52,919 nucleotides of DNA from a virus, in IMG/VR virus record IMGVR_UViG_3300045988_125841, positions 1 to 52,919 of that record; one strand, given 5' to 3'. The notes below the pieces were generated by a model, which saw only the letters and a list, made by a program, of their open reading frames with translations, had not been told where the DNA came from and ran no database searches. Positions 27,174 to 36,421 of this stretch are shown here, piece after piece. The position numbers were made by a program, and so were the translations under genes. Every line of letters begins with the position of its first letter. The stretch's first letter is position 1.

Positions 27174-28370
27174 TTAAATACAGTTGTAAATTCTGATTAG
27201 ACCGCCCGGATTTGAGCAGATAAGGTCACCGTAGTTTGCAAGCAATGCTCTGTAAACTGATGAATTTTCCTTTAGGTTGAAAATACCACCGCCTTGTAGG
27301 TCAGCAAATTTCCATTCCTGTGTATGTAATTCAAGTGCTGATGTATCAACACCCCAAATTTCATCATCCGGCACGAACGTTTCGTTGACAACATCAACCT
27401 GTCTGTTGGCGAAATCAAACTGAATTGATTTGAAACCACCCTGTAAGGTGTTCTGTTCAACTCTGATATTGTTTACTCTTAGGTATTCTGCGTAGTGGTC
27501 GTACGCTTCGTCACCGCACAACAGCATATCAACCTTTGAGTTCTTGTCCTTTTCGGCACGTCTTAGAGCCTTTCTGATAATGTTGTCCTCAACATTATCA
27601 TTTGCGTCAATAACAATAGGCTTGACAAACGGATTGTCTGCCTTGCTTACACCGTAAATTGTTGGAACTTCATCGTCGAAGATAGCACCAAGACCTGTGA
27701 TTTCACGGTTAAATGAGTTCTGCACCGTCATAAAGCCGTCAACAAGTGCTGTTGTAGGTGCTTTGTCAAGGGTAATCTCATAGTTACCATTGCTGTTCTT
27801 TGTACGGTCAATTGCCATAATTCGTAACTGTTTAGCAACCACGTCGTTTGGCGTTGTAGCCGCAGTCGGATAAAAGTCTACAATCAAACCTTCCTTGACG
27901 TACTTAATGTCAGTCACTTCAACTTTTGTTGTCGGAGTTGTCTGTTTAACAACCTTTGTTAATGCACCTGTACCGTTGCCGAATAGTGAACGTCCGACGT
28001 TCCATTTTGCTGTTTCGTACGCCGCCTTAACTTCTGTGTCAAGTGCATTTGCCATAGAGCCGTTCTTGCCTGTAAGCTGTACAGCTTTGATTGACAATTC
28101 AACGTTTGAGTACATATCTTTTGCGTATGTTCTGAAACGTTTGAACATAACATTGCCCGCCTCAGGCGTTGCAAGTCCTTCTTCTCCGTAGCCAAAGCCA
28201 CCCGATAGACCGATTGGAGCTGACGCAACAATCTCATTTGCTACCAATGGCTTTTTCTTGATTTTTGATAGTAGTGGTGTAGGCTCGATACCGAGTAGGT
28301 TATTCCATACCGGTAAGTAGTTAGATTTTAGAGCCTCTTCAATAGTTTTTAAGTTTTGTTCTCTTCCCAT
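27174..28370 (-). CDS. Major capsid protein (by position, size and expression signals)
   Basis: 398 aa, lying directly after the scaffold gene and followed by the attenuator hairpin. No family was assigned by eye. Confidence 0.75.
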   Translation of the reverse strand: MGREQNLKTIEEALKSNYLPVWNNLLGIEPTPLLSKIKKKPLVANEIVASAPIGLSGGFGYGEEGLATPEAGNVMFKRFRTYAKDMYSNVELSIKAVQLTGKNGSMANALDTEVKAAYETAKWNVGRSLFGNGTGALTKVVKQTTPTTKVEVTDIKYVKEGLIVDFYPTAATTPNDVVAKQLRIMAIDRTKNSNGNYEITLDKAPTTALVDGFMTVQNSFNREITGLGAIFDDEVPTIYGVSKADNPFVKPIVIDANDNVEDNIIRKALRRAEKDKNSKVDMLLCGDEAYDHYAEYLRVNNIRVEQNTLQGGFKSIQFDFANRQVDVVNETFVPDDEIWGVDTSALELHTQEWKFADLQGGGIFNLKENSSVYRALLANYGDLICSNPGGLIRIYNCI

Positions 28371-28404
28371 TTAAAAATTCTCCCTCTTTTGTAATGTGGG
28401 TACG

Positions 28405-29352
28405 TTATTTCCCTCTGAACATATCTTTTGTTCTTTTGGAGGCGTCGTCCCAAGTTGTTGGTTTTTCCTTTATTGTTAATGCCGCGTTTACAGCGCCGTT
28501 TGACGCTGACATTGCAGGCACTTGCTGACTTTGTTTAATGTCGTCCAATCTCTTTTTTTCAATCATTTGTTGAAATTCAGGATTGCTGTCGTAGTATTTC
28601 ATTAATTCTTCTGCTGTTGGGTCTGACGGTGGCGGTGTATTCGCAGAATTTACGCCGTTTGCGATCATATACGCCGTCAAATACTTTTCGTCCATAGGTA
28701 TGTCGTCGTTGGCTAACCACTTGTTATGCTCAATGATGTAATCTAACTGCGGCAACATATCGTTAATACCTTTCAGTTCATCAACGCCGCTGAACGCCTC
28801 AAGCATTTCCCTTTTTTCTTTCTCACGCATACCGTCCTTTGCGTATTGCAAGGCAGGTTCAACGTCTTTTAGCACTTGCTGTGTGACGTATTTTTGCATT
28901 GCATTTGCATAGTCCTGTTGCATTTGCTGAACAGTTTCATCGTCCTCGAACGCTAAACGGTTTACATCCAACATCGGCATTTGCATTTCGTTCTCTATAA
29001 TCGCTTGCTCACGTTGCTGTGATTGCTGTGTTATAGTCTGTTGCAATTCGTTATTTGTCTGTCTTAGCTGTTCGTTTTCTGACATTATGCGTTGATAATC
29101 TTGTTCACGTTGTGCCGCCGCTTGCGCCGCCGCCTGTGCTACATTTGCCGCCTCGTCAACCGCATTATTATCCTGTGTCGGTTGTTCTTGTGCTTGTGGT
29201 TCTTGCTCTTGTCCCTCTTGTTGTGGTTCTTGCTCTTGTCCCTCTTGTTGTGGTTCTTGTGGGGTATCTTGGGGGGTGCTTTCTTCTCCCAATACCTCTT
29301 GACCGTCAAACATATCTTCGGTCGCTCGTCTTGCGTCGTAGAAATTATCCAT
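28405..29352 (-). CDS. Scaffolding protein (Q/E-rich, helical)
   Basis: 315 aa with an acidic Q/E-rich N-terminus. It sits between the portal and capsid genes. SD 'aggagg'. Confidence 0.7.
   Translation of the reverse strand: MDNFYDARRATEDMFDGQEVLGEESTPQDTPQEPQQEGQEQEPQQEGQEQEPQAQEQPTQDNNAVDEAANVAQAAAQAAAQREQDYQRIMSENEQLRQTNNELQQTITQQSQQREQAIIENEMQMPMLDVNRLAFEDDETVQQMQQDYANAMQKYVTQQVLKDVEPALQYAKDGMREKEKREMLEAFSGVDELKGINDMLPQLDYIIEHNKWLANDDIPMDEKYLTAYMIANGVNSANTPPPSDPTAEELMKYYDSNPEFQQMIEKKRLDDIKQSQQVPAMSASNGAVNAALTIKEKPTTWDDASKRTKDMFRGK
29196..29259 (-). repeat. Perfect tandem duplication of a 27-nt unit (2.4 copies) in the scaffold gene
   Basis: 'gtggttcttgctcttgtccctcttgtt' occurs at 29196..29222 and 29223..29249 and encodes 'QEPQQEGQE' twice. 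Confidence 0.85.
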
Positions 29353-29366
29353 TATGTATAGTCCTC

Positions 29367-31412
29367 CTATCTTTGTCCTTGTTGTGCCAACATAGCAATT
29401 ACATTCTGCTGTTGGTCTTGTGTCTGTGCCTGTTTATGTAGTCTGATATGGTCCTCTAATGCTTTTGCATACTCAGGCTTTTTCAGTTTTAACAGCTGAA
29501 AATCCAACTGCAAGATATACCGTAGGTGTTCGTCTATGTGTATATCGTGGTCGTCAAACTCTGATACTCTTGGTACCGCACCTTGCTCAAAGAATACATT
29601 TTCACGTTGTGCCGCCTGTATTTGCAGTGCATTGATGTTCATTATTTCGGTGTAATTTCCTACTTTCATAAACTCCAGTGCCCTCTGCTTTACACGCTCC
29701 GGTATCTGACCGTTTGCGTCAGTGAACAGTCCCATTTTGTATGCGTCAAAGAAACGCTCCTTTTGCACTTCTTCTGACATCAGTAGTTCGTTTTCAGTGA
29801 CGTATTCAACGTCATAGCTGTTAATATCGTCGCTATTCCATATGATTGCATTACCGATACGGTTTTTGCCTGTACAGTTCAGTACACGTCGTGTATTCGC
29901 GTATTTTTTATAGATTTCAAGCCACATTACCGCTAAATTTTTGATACTGTTTCGGATATGGTCGCCTGTCAGTGATAGACGTGTATTGTCTATGTCAACA
30001 AGGTTCTGTATAGCTGTACCTGACGTTACGCCCGCAGGCGTTGCACCGTTCATCATCAGCTGTGATACACCTGCTACATATTCCATATCATTTTTCAGAT
30101 TGTAGCGTTCCGTCATTATTTCTGACGGTAAATTGCCATTCGGAATAGGTGTAGGTGCATTTGTTCCCTGTCTGTACACTAACATTGCACCAGGTGCCGC
30201 ACCGTTCTGTTCAAATTCTTCAATGTCGATACTGCCCTCTTCGGCATAGAAACCCTGTATTGCAATGCGTTTGATGTATTCGTGTATACGGTTTAGACAA
30301 CCGTTATACGCACGCTGACGTGGTATCAAATCTTCGATTACTGACCTACCGAAAAATTGTCCTGCCGTTTCACGACACATCATTTGCGTTAGCGGTATGC
30401 GTGAATACGGTAGCGGACCGTAGTAAACCAAATGTTCGTCACCGACAATGATTATCATTCTTCCGTCCGGTCTGTGTTTGGTCGGACGTTCAAAATACGT
30501 AATCACTTTTGCGGCGTTATCTACCGAACGTGTACCTAATGTTGTGACGGTATTCTCGTAACCGAAACCGCCTCCGGCAACAACGGGCGTCAATTCAAAC
30601 GTTTCAACCGTTGCACCCTCAACTTTGATACCGTATAGGTCGTATATTTCCTCTTTGGTCTTTACTTGCTCCAAAATAATTGAACGTTGTGCCTCTATTC
30701 CCTCTTTGAATATGCTTTCTGGGAATACTTCGTACGGTGTTATCAATCCGTACTCCAAATCGCCTTGATAGAACGCTTGCTCAAACTTTCTCTCATTGCC
30801 CTCTTCATCAACAGTAACGACTTTTTCGGTGGCGTATTTCTCGCCCTTGTCCTTATCCCACCACGATAACCAAAAACAGTTACCGCACAATTCATTCCAC
30901 TGTATTGCGGTATTTTTCTTGGTGTCAAAATCGCTTGAAGTCTGCAAATACTGCAATATCGTAGTTGATGTTTCAGCCTTTGCGTAGTCCTCTAACTCGT
31001 TCGTTCGTGGATTTACTTTCATTCGATAGTTAATCTTTTTCAGATTGGCAATTCGCGTATCTATTAACGGTGCAATCTGATTAAACGTTTCACGTTCCAA
31101 CCAATCGTATACAGGCTCCAACTGTTCGATTTCGCGACTGTATGGGTTAAAATCGCAATACTGATTACCGACTAAAAAATTAGCGTTTAAATGCCATTGC
31201 GTTTCCAATGCTGAACGTGCTGAACGGCGTTTCTCTAATTCTTCGTGAATATTTGCGATAATATCTTCCTTGTACAGCTGATTTCCATCGTCGTCGGTGT
31301 CAATTACTCTGTCAACTTCTTCATCGTCTGCACTTTCACTGTTAGGTGGTGAAAACATACTCTTAACGCTCGCCTTTATGCCCTGCAATACAGGTGAATA
31401 TCTTAAATTCAT
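29367..31412 (-). CDS. Portal protein
   Basis: 681 aa, lying downstream of terL and upstream of the scaffold and capsid genes. The start overlaps the upstream stop (TAATG). Confidence 0.75.
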   Translation of the reverse strand: MNLRYSPVLQGIKASVKSMFSPPNSESADDEEVDRVIDTDDDGNQLYKEDIIANIHEELEKRRSARSALETQWHLNANFLVGNQYCDFNPYSREIEQLEPVYDWLERETFNQIAPLIDTRIANLKKINYRMKVNPRTNELEDYAKAETSTTILQYLQTSSDFDTKKNTAIQWNELCGNCFWLSWWDKDKGEKYATEKVVTVDEEGNERKFEQAFYQGDLEYGLITPYEVFPESIFKEGIEAQRSIILEQVKTKEEIYDLYGIKVEGATVETFELTPVVAGGGFGYENTVTTLGTRSVDNAAKVITYFERPTKHRPDGRMIIIVGDEHLVYYGPLPYSRIPLTQMMCRETAGQFFGRSVIEDLIPRQRAYNGCLNRIHEYIKRIAIQGFYAEEGSIDIEEFEQNGAAPGAMLVYRQGTNAPTPIPNGNLPSEIMTERYNLKNDMEYVAGVSQLMMNGATPAGVTSGTAIQNLVDIDNTRLSLTGDHIRNSIKNLAVMWLEIYKKYANTRRVLNCTGKNRIGNAIIWNSDDINSYDVEYVTENELLMSEEVQKERFFDAYKMGLFTDANGQIPERVKQRALEFMKVGNYTEIMNINALQIQAAQRENVFFEQGAVPRVSEFDDHDIHIDEHLRYILQLDFQLLKLKKPEYAKALEDHIRLHKQAQTQDQQQNVIAMLAQQGQR

Positions 31413-31648
31413 TATTCATCACCCACCTTTGCGTCGTTCTTACGCCACCTATTCAAAACGGCTTTATGCCTGCTGATAGGTTGCTTTGGCTCATCGGCTT
31501 TGATGTTGTTGTATTCGGTCATATTTCTGCACATCAACCTGTTATACAGGTCTTTGCGTTCGATATGTTGTACTATCGTCATTCCTACTATGGTTAATGT
31601 TTGAATAGCTGTAACGCATAGCAGAAACCCTGTTACATTCATAGCCAC
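31412..31648 (-). CDS. 78-aa protein with an N-terminal TM helix, unknown
   Basis: Hydrophobic N-terminus 'VTGFLLCVTAIQTLTIVGMTIV'. It is translationally coupled to the portal gene. Confidence 0.6.
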   Translation of the reverse strand: MAMNVTGFLLCVTAIQTLTIVGMTIVQHIERKDLYNRLMCRNMTEYNNIKADEPKQPISRHKAVLNRWRKNDAKVGDE

Positions 31649-31654
31649 TCCCCC

Positions 31655-32065
31655 TTAACTAACTTGCAAAATACTCTCAATCAATGTTTCTTTGTCGGCG
31701 TTTGCGTTGATACCCATTTCTTTGGCGATTTTCTTTAAATCGTTGTATTTAACATTGTCCAAATACTCCTTTGTGTACGGAATAGGGTATTCTTCTGCGT
31801 TGTTATCCTCTGTTTCAACTGTTTCTTCCGCGTTTTTAACTGTTTTCTCTATTCCGCCGTGGAAAAATAGCGGTGGCGGTGGTACTGATACCGTCTTTTT
31901 TTCTACTGACGGGTCGTATTCCGCAACAGCTTTAATTGCTTTTTTCAAACATTCTTCACAGATAATGACACTGTTACCGAATTCGTTTGTATTTGTCAGT
32001 GAATATGTATCGGTATTTTTGCACCCTCTGACTTCGCATTTTCTCTTTATCCTCTTGATTTTCAT
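31655..32065 (-). CDS. 136-aa protein with an N-terminal Cys4 zinc-ribbon-like motif and a C-terminal HeH/SAP(Rho-N)-like motif
   Basis: 'CEVRGC...CEEC' and 'YNDLKKIAKEMGINANADKETLIESI'. Confidence 0.65.
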   Translation of the reverse strand: MKIKRIKRKCEVRGCKNTDTYSLTNTNEFGNSVIICEECLKKAIKAVAEYDPSVEKKTVSVPPPPLFFHGGIEKTVKNAEETVETEDNNAEEYPIPYTKEYLDNVKYNDLKKIAKEMGINANADKETLIESILQVS

Positions 32066-32067
32066 AA

Positions 32068-33405
32068 TTAGAAATAACTCCTCCTTTTTTGTGTTTTGCC
32101 CTTTATCGCTCGCTCTCTGTACTTTTGCACCGCTGTCTTTTCCTCTTTCGGTGGTTTTGACGGTGATGTGAATTGCAACACGAAATATCGCAATGCGTCA
32201 GGTAAATGTGTTATATCGTGCGGTTCTGTCGCACAATCCGTTGGATGTTTGGTATCACGTTGCAACGATGTTAAACAGTCGATTAATTCAATGCAGTTAT
32301 CGAATATCATCAATCGGCTACTGCCGTTTTTGACCTGTAATAAATCTTTGACTGCCAGCCAACCTGCCTCACGGTTATTTGAACTTTTTAGCAGTGGCAA
32401 ACCGCCCTCGCGGAACAAATCTGCCTTTGTCTTGCCGCTTTCTTGCGTCCTGCCCCACATATCGGGTGGAGCGGCGGTGTATTCTATCCGTTCGTCAGTC
32501 GGTGTCAGATTGACTATTTCCCCCGCACCGACTGAAATAACCTTATTGCTTTCAGCATATTCGCGGTAAACATAGTAGTTACCGCGTTCATCAATAGCCA
32601 CCCATACACACGCCAAGCAATCCAAACCGTAGTCCATTCCGCGATATTTACGCCAATGTTCAGGAATTTGAAACGGTTTAACAATATGTATTGACCTGTC
32701 AAATTCATCGAAATATCGCCCTTCGAGCAAGTCCCAACTGCCGTCACGCCACGCCTCTCGCAGTCCGTCGGGCAGATTATTTAACATATCAACATAGCCT
32801 GTATCTGTTTCCAATAACACCGCATTATCAAACACCGTCGCAGGAATGAACATATAATCGTTAGGATTTTCTGCATTCCTGTATTTTCGTGATACAAACA
32901 GACGTTTTACCCATTCGTGACCGACACCGCCGGGGTTACACGTCAGATACATACGTTTCGGAAACGAATTAGCACCTCTGATGCACGCCGTCAACGTTGA
33001 ATACTGATATTCAGTGAATTGCGTAGCCTCGTCCATAAAAATGACATCATACTCAATGCCCTGATACTGATTGACATCGTTCTCGCTGTCGCAATATCCC
33101 ATTTCCAACAGTGAACCGTTATTGAAATAGAAACACTTTTCCTGTTTGCTGTATCTCGCAATGCCTTTTAGCAACGGCTCCAGTTCGCGAACGTGGTTAC
33201 GCTCTAAATCTCTGTACGTCCGTCGCAGAAATAACATTTTTATACCTGCATATCTGATAGCCAATAGTACCGCTTTCATTCTGACCGCCCACGACTTGCC
33301 GCCCCCTCTTGCTCCGCCGTACATAATCATTCTGTTATGTGCGGTGAAAAACTGTTCCTGTTTCGGATTGGTACGTGATAGGTCTAATTTCAGACTATTC
33401 TGCAT
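32068..33405 (-). CDS. terL: Terminase large subunit
   Basis: Walker A 'GGARGGGKSWA', Walker B-like 'VIFMDEATQ', and a C-terminal nuclease-region size consistent with TerL. Confidence 0.9.
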   Translation of the reverse strand: MQNSLKLDLSRTNPKQEQFFTAHNRMIMYGGARGGGKSWAVRMKAVLLAIRYAGIKMLFLRRTYRDLERNHVRELEPLLKGIARYSKQEKCFYFNNGSLLEMGYCDSENDVNQYQGIEYDVIFMDEATQFTEYQYSTLTACIRGANSFPKRMYLTCNPGGVGHEWVKRLFVSRKYRNAENPNDYMFIPATVFDNAVLLETDTGYVDMLNNLPDGLREAWRDGSWDLLEGRYFDEFDRSIHIVKPFQIPEHWRKYRGMDYGLDCLACVWVAIDERGNYYVYREYAESNKVISVGAGEIVNLTPTDERIEYTAAPPDMWGRTQESGKTKADLFREGGLPLLKSSNNREAGWLAVKDLLQVKNGSSRLMIFDNCIELIDCLTSLQRDTKHPTDCATEPHDITHLPDALRYFVLQFTSPSKPPKEEKTAVQKYRERAIKGKTQKRRSYF

Positions 33406-33904
33406 ATTTCATCACGTCCTGTGGCATTTTAATTTCAATCGTCGTATTTTCGGTCGATTGTCCCTGTGCTAATGCACGCTTATCATACAGAGTGCCGACT
33501 GCTGTGCTGATTTCGCTTAACTTGTGCAGTTCCAAAGCCTTTATTTTAGATATCAAGGCTTTTTTCTGCGGCACTGTCATATCTTCGTCGTTGGATACTT
33601 CATCTAATAGCCCCTCCAATTCTTGTTGGTACTTCAATGCCGTTTCCATACGCCTGTTAATCAGTTCCGCACCGTTTTCAATGGCTCTGCTCGCCGTTTC
33701 GATGAAACCCTCGCGGACCTCTCGGCGTTTTTCTGCATATTCGTCCATATCAGGCGGATGTCGTCGCCACCACGATTTTAACGTGTTTACGGGAATACCC
33801 ATTTTGCGCGATACTAATTCCCAATTTCCCAATACCGTGTATTCCGCAAATGCCTGCTCACGGTCGGCGTCTGTATATGTTCTCTGTTTTGCGATGGCTG
33901 ACAC
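33395..33904 (-). CDS. terS: Terminase small subunit (HTH type)
   Basis: N-terminal HTH-like 'WELVSRKMGIPVNTLKSWW'. It overlaps the terL start. The GTG start has a poorly spaced SD, so the start is uncertain. Confidence 0.7.
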   Translation of the reverse strand: MSAIAKQRTYTDADREQAFAEYTVLGNWELVSRKMGIPVNTLKSWWRRHPPDMDEYAEKRREVREGFIETASRAIENGAELINRRMETALKYQQELEGLLDEVSNDEDMTVPQKKALISKIKALELHKLSEISTAVGTLYDKRALAQGQSTENTTIEIKMPQDVMKYAE

Positions 33905-33919
33905 CCCCTTTTCATCAAT

Positions 33920-33978
33920 TTAATATTTCCGTCCCCACCGACAATCAGTGAAATATTAACCCACCGTCCTCACGACGG
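33920..33978 (-). promoter_or_regulatory. Structured leader upstream of terS: a 10-bp inverted repeat plus a second hairpin
   Basis: 'ttaatatttc' (33920..33929) pairs with 'gaaatattaa' (33950..33959) across a 20-nt spacer. 'accgtc'/'gacggt' forms a hairpin at 33962..33978. 'cggtggg' occurs twice on the minus strand. Confidence 0.35.
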
Positions 33979-34108
33979 TTCTACCTACTATATGTAGTAA
34001 ATCAAATCTATCCCCCTCACTATTTTCCAATTTTAATATTTTTGCATTTTGTATATATTGCATAAATTATCATAGGAATATATGTACACTTTTCATAAAC
34101 ATATTTAA

Positions 34109-34153
34109 CTTTAGCATAAAAGTATTGACTTTGGCATAAAAGTATGCTATACT
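34109..34153 (+). promoter_or_regulatory. Near-consensus sigma-70-type promoter of the moron, with two 17-nt direct repeats (operator candidates)
   Basis: -35 'TTGACT' (34125..34130), a 17-nt spacer and -10 'TATACT' (34148..34153). The repeats are 'ctttagcataaaagtat' (34109..34125) and 'ctttggcataaaagtat' (34129..34145). Confidence 0.7.
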
Positions 34154-34208
34154 ATAATCAGAAAATAACAAAAGAGGTCAGCCGAAAGGCAAGAAAGGAA
34201 GATTAATT

Positions 34209-34475
34209 ATGAAAAAGAGATTAATTTACGGAGAAACAAACGCATACGACATTATCATTAGCATTGACGAAGAAGGACGTTGCAGATACGTCACAGTCAA
34301 AGAATGGTTCCCGAATTTAGCTGACTGTGATGATGACGAAAAAACTGAAAAAGCAGAAGAATTTTTAAGAACTATTGAAGATGATAGCTCTTGGGAAAAC
34401 GACAGTTACGAATTATCAGCAGACGAAGTATTAGAATATGTAGACATCATCGCTGAAATTGAAAAAGAGCTATAA
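34209..34475 (+). CDS. 88-aa highly acidic protein (27 D/E), function unknown; anti-defence candidate
   Basis: It has an SD and lies on the opposite strand to all neighbouring genes. It is the first gene of a self-contained promoter-terminator unit. Confidence 0.75.
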   Translation: MKKRLIYGETNAYDIIISIDEEGRCRYVTVKEWFPNLADCDDDEKTEKAEEFLRTIEDDSSWENDSYELSADEVLEYVDIIAEIEKEL

Positions 34476-34587
34476 AAACGCAATTCCGACGCATTTCGGT
34501 GCGTCGGTGCAATGCAGAGGTGCAATATGATAAAAAAATGTATAATCTTTGGAGGGTTATCATAGATAATTAAAGGAGGAAAATAAA

Positions 34588-35013
34588 ATGTTAAAAATAA
34601 TTAAGGGAAGAAAGTATGATACCGTAACTGCAACTAAAATATGCAGTTACGATAACGGCTTGCCGGAGAGCGACTTTGACGCCCTTTGCGAGCAACTATA
34701 TATAAAGCGTACCGGAGAGTTTTTCTTGTATAGCTACGGCGGTGCAAGAACGGCTTATGCCGAAGCCGACGGTAATATGTGGACTTCGGGTGAGCGAATT
34801 GTTCCACTTTCGGAAAATGACGCAAAGGCGTTTGCCGAAGAACACGCCTCACCGGAAGTTTATGAGCAATACTTCGGTGAAGTGTCGGAGGGCGACACCT
34901 ACCGAACAACAATAACGTTATCGGCAGGAGCTAAGAAAAAGCTTCAGTCACTTGCTCTCGAAAGACGTGAAAATATCAGTCAAATCGTGGAAAGACTGAT
35001 TGAAAACGCATAA
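34588..35013 (+). CDS. 141-aa protein with a C-terminal ribbon-helix-helix (CopG-like) DNA-binding motif
   Basis: SD 'aaggagg' lies 8 nt upstream. The C-terminus 'TITLSAGAKKKLQSLALERRENISQIVERLIENA' fits a beta-strand/helix/helix RHH pattern. Confidence 0.8.
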   Translation: MLKIIKGRKYDTVTATKICSYDNGLPESDFDALCEQLYIKRTGEFFLYSYGGARTAYAEADGNMWTSGERIVPLSENDAKAFAEEHASPEVYEQYFGEVSEGDTYRTTITLSAGAKKKLQSLALERRENISQIVERLIENA

Positions 35014-35014
35014 C

Positions 35015-35050
35015 AAAAAAGACGGTTACCGTTTGGTAACCGTCTTTTTT
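35015..35050. terminator. Strong bidirectional intrinsic terminator
   Basis: 'aaaaaa-gacggttacc-gttt-ggtaaccgtc-tttttt'. The GC-containing stem has an A-run on one side and a T-run on the other. Confidence 0.85.
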
Positions 35051-35109
35051 AGGAATAAATGAAAAAATATAATATCTCTCAAGTGAGCATATATATTATA
35101 CCACATTTT

Positions 35110-35415
35110 CTACCGCAACTCAAAGTGAGTTAAGTTATACCGAAACCGTTTATAAAATTCTCGTTTTAGGTTGAATAATCGTTTCGGGTGCAATCCGTAT
35201 TGCATTTGTATGTAGACGTGATTGACGGAGCTGTCCGTCAGAAATTTATATAGCGCCTGATAGTCCTCTCCTGCGACTTCAAGACACATATTCAGCACTG
35301 CCTTATCTTGCTCCGGCAGTCGTTTAGCATTAACACACAGGAAATATATTAATCCTTGCGTGTTATAGCTTATCCCCAATTTGTCTAACGTCCTTGAATA
35401 TCGAAACTCCGTCAA
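35110..35415 (-). CDS. 101-aa protein at the position of late-gene activators (weak sigma region-4/ArpU-like C-terminus)
   Basis: It is the last early/middle gene before the packaging module. The 'GLHPKRLFNLKREFYKRF' resemblance is weak. Confidence 0.6.
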   Translation of the reverse strand: MTEFRYSRTLDKLGISYNTQGLIYFLCVNAKRLPEQDKAVLNMCLEVAGEDYQALYKFLTDSSVNHVYIQMQYGLHPKRLFNLKREFYKRFRYNLTHFELR

Positions 35416-35427
35416 TCTCTCGTCCTC

Positions 35428-36102
35428 CTACTCTTTTGCTTTCAGATAATCTATCCAACCGTTGCTGTAAAACACCATACCACAATCATTACGCAATACT
35501 TCTCTGATTTCCTTTATCTTGCCTTTTGGTATTTCTTTCATTACTTGTTTTGCCACTTCGCCGACAGCGTTCATTCTCTTTTTCTTCCAACCCATTTTGA
35601 AATACAACACATACAGCGTCACAGGTAATATTGCTTGCATTTTACAGACTGCCATTTTTAGCTTATCCTCCGCCGACGTATCTGTTTTAATTTTTAATGG
35701 GTCAAAGTCGCTCATCAATTCCACATAATCAAATTGGCATTCGCGTTTCATTTCATCAATCAATTTTTCAGTATCACGTTTATTCTCTACGGTACTTTTG
35801 GAATAATAATTAACTGCGTCAATGAATTGTGCTATTCGGATATAGTTGTAGCCATATTTGATATGTAAATACCACGCCACAAACATTATAGTGTATATCG
35901 TTCCGTCGCTTATCGCCTCGTCCTCGACTAATTTGTATGACAGCAACGCTTGCTTTTTGTTAAACTTTTTGATACCGTGTTTCTTTGCTACTACCTCAAA
36001 TCGCTTTAACAATTCCTTTTCTTGCTCTTGGCGTATTGCGTTTAATGCTTTTTCACGTTCGGCTCTGCGTTTCTGCTTTAACTTCTTCGCTGTTTTATCC
36101 AT
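35428..36102 (-). CDS. 224-aa protein, unknown
   Basis: ORF in the early/middle operon. The N-terminus is lysine/arginine-rich and helical. Confidence 0.7.
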   Translation of the reverse strand: MDKTAKKLKQKRRAEREKALNAIRQEQEKELLKRFEVVAKKHGIKKFNKKQALLSYKLVEDEAISDGTIYTIMFVAWYLHIKYGYNYIRIAQFIDAVNYYSKSTVENKRDTEKLIDEMKRECQFDYVELMSDFDPLKIKTDTSAEDKLKMAVCKMQAILPVTLYVLYFKMGWKKKRMNAVGEVAKQVMKEIPKGKIKEIREVLRNDCGMVFYSNGWIDYLKAKE

Positions 36103-36103
36103 A

Positions 36104-36421
36104 TCAACACCTCACCAAATTCACCCTAACCACGTCAGGGTTTCTGTCCACAATCTTTGCTATTTCAAAATATGATAGACCATCATCTCTTAATCTTTTC
36201 ATTGTATCTAATTCTTTGTTGGTTACTCGTGTCTTTTTCTTGTTTTCAGAATTGCTTGCTTTATCCGGTACATATTCCGGACACTTTGTTATCCTATACG
36301 AATCATACGTCTTGCGGTGTACCTTTTCAGCGGTCCAACCCTCAACAGGCTGAAAGCAACTACTCCACGAACACCATCCGCAAGCATTCTGGCACGTCCA
36401 ACATAATTGTTCTTTAACCAT
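36104..36421 (-). CDS. Cys-rich zinc-binding protein with a C-terminal HTH (candidate transcription regulator)
   Basis: Start moved to 'MVKEQ' (SD 'GAGG' 6 nt upstream). 'CWTCQNACGWCSWSSC' and 'GLSYFEIAKIVDRNPDVVRVNL' are present. Confidence 0.65.
   Translation of the reverse strand: MVKEQLCWTCQNACGWCSWSSCFQPVEGWTAEKVHRKTYDSYRITKCPEYVPDKASNSENKKKTRVTNKELDTMKRLRDDGLSYFEIAKIVDRNPDVVRVNLVRC

Noticed and set aside
31692-33923. Plus-strand ORFs of 108-182 aa that overlap terL, terS and the 136-aa gene (31692..32171, 32096..32569, 33146..33472, 33375..33923)
   Set aside because: They are antisense to genes with clear terminase motifs. They carry no translation signals and have hydrophobic or low-complexity compositions.
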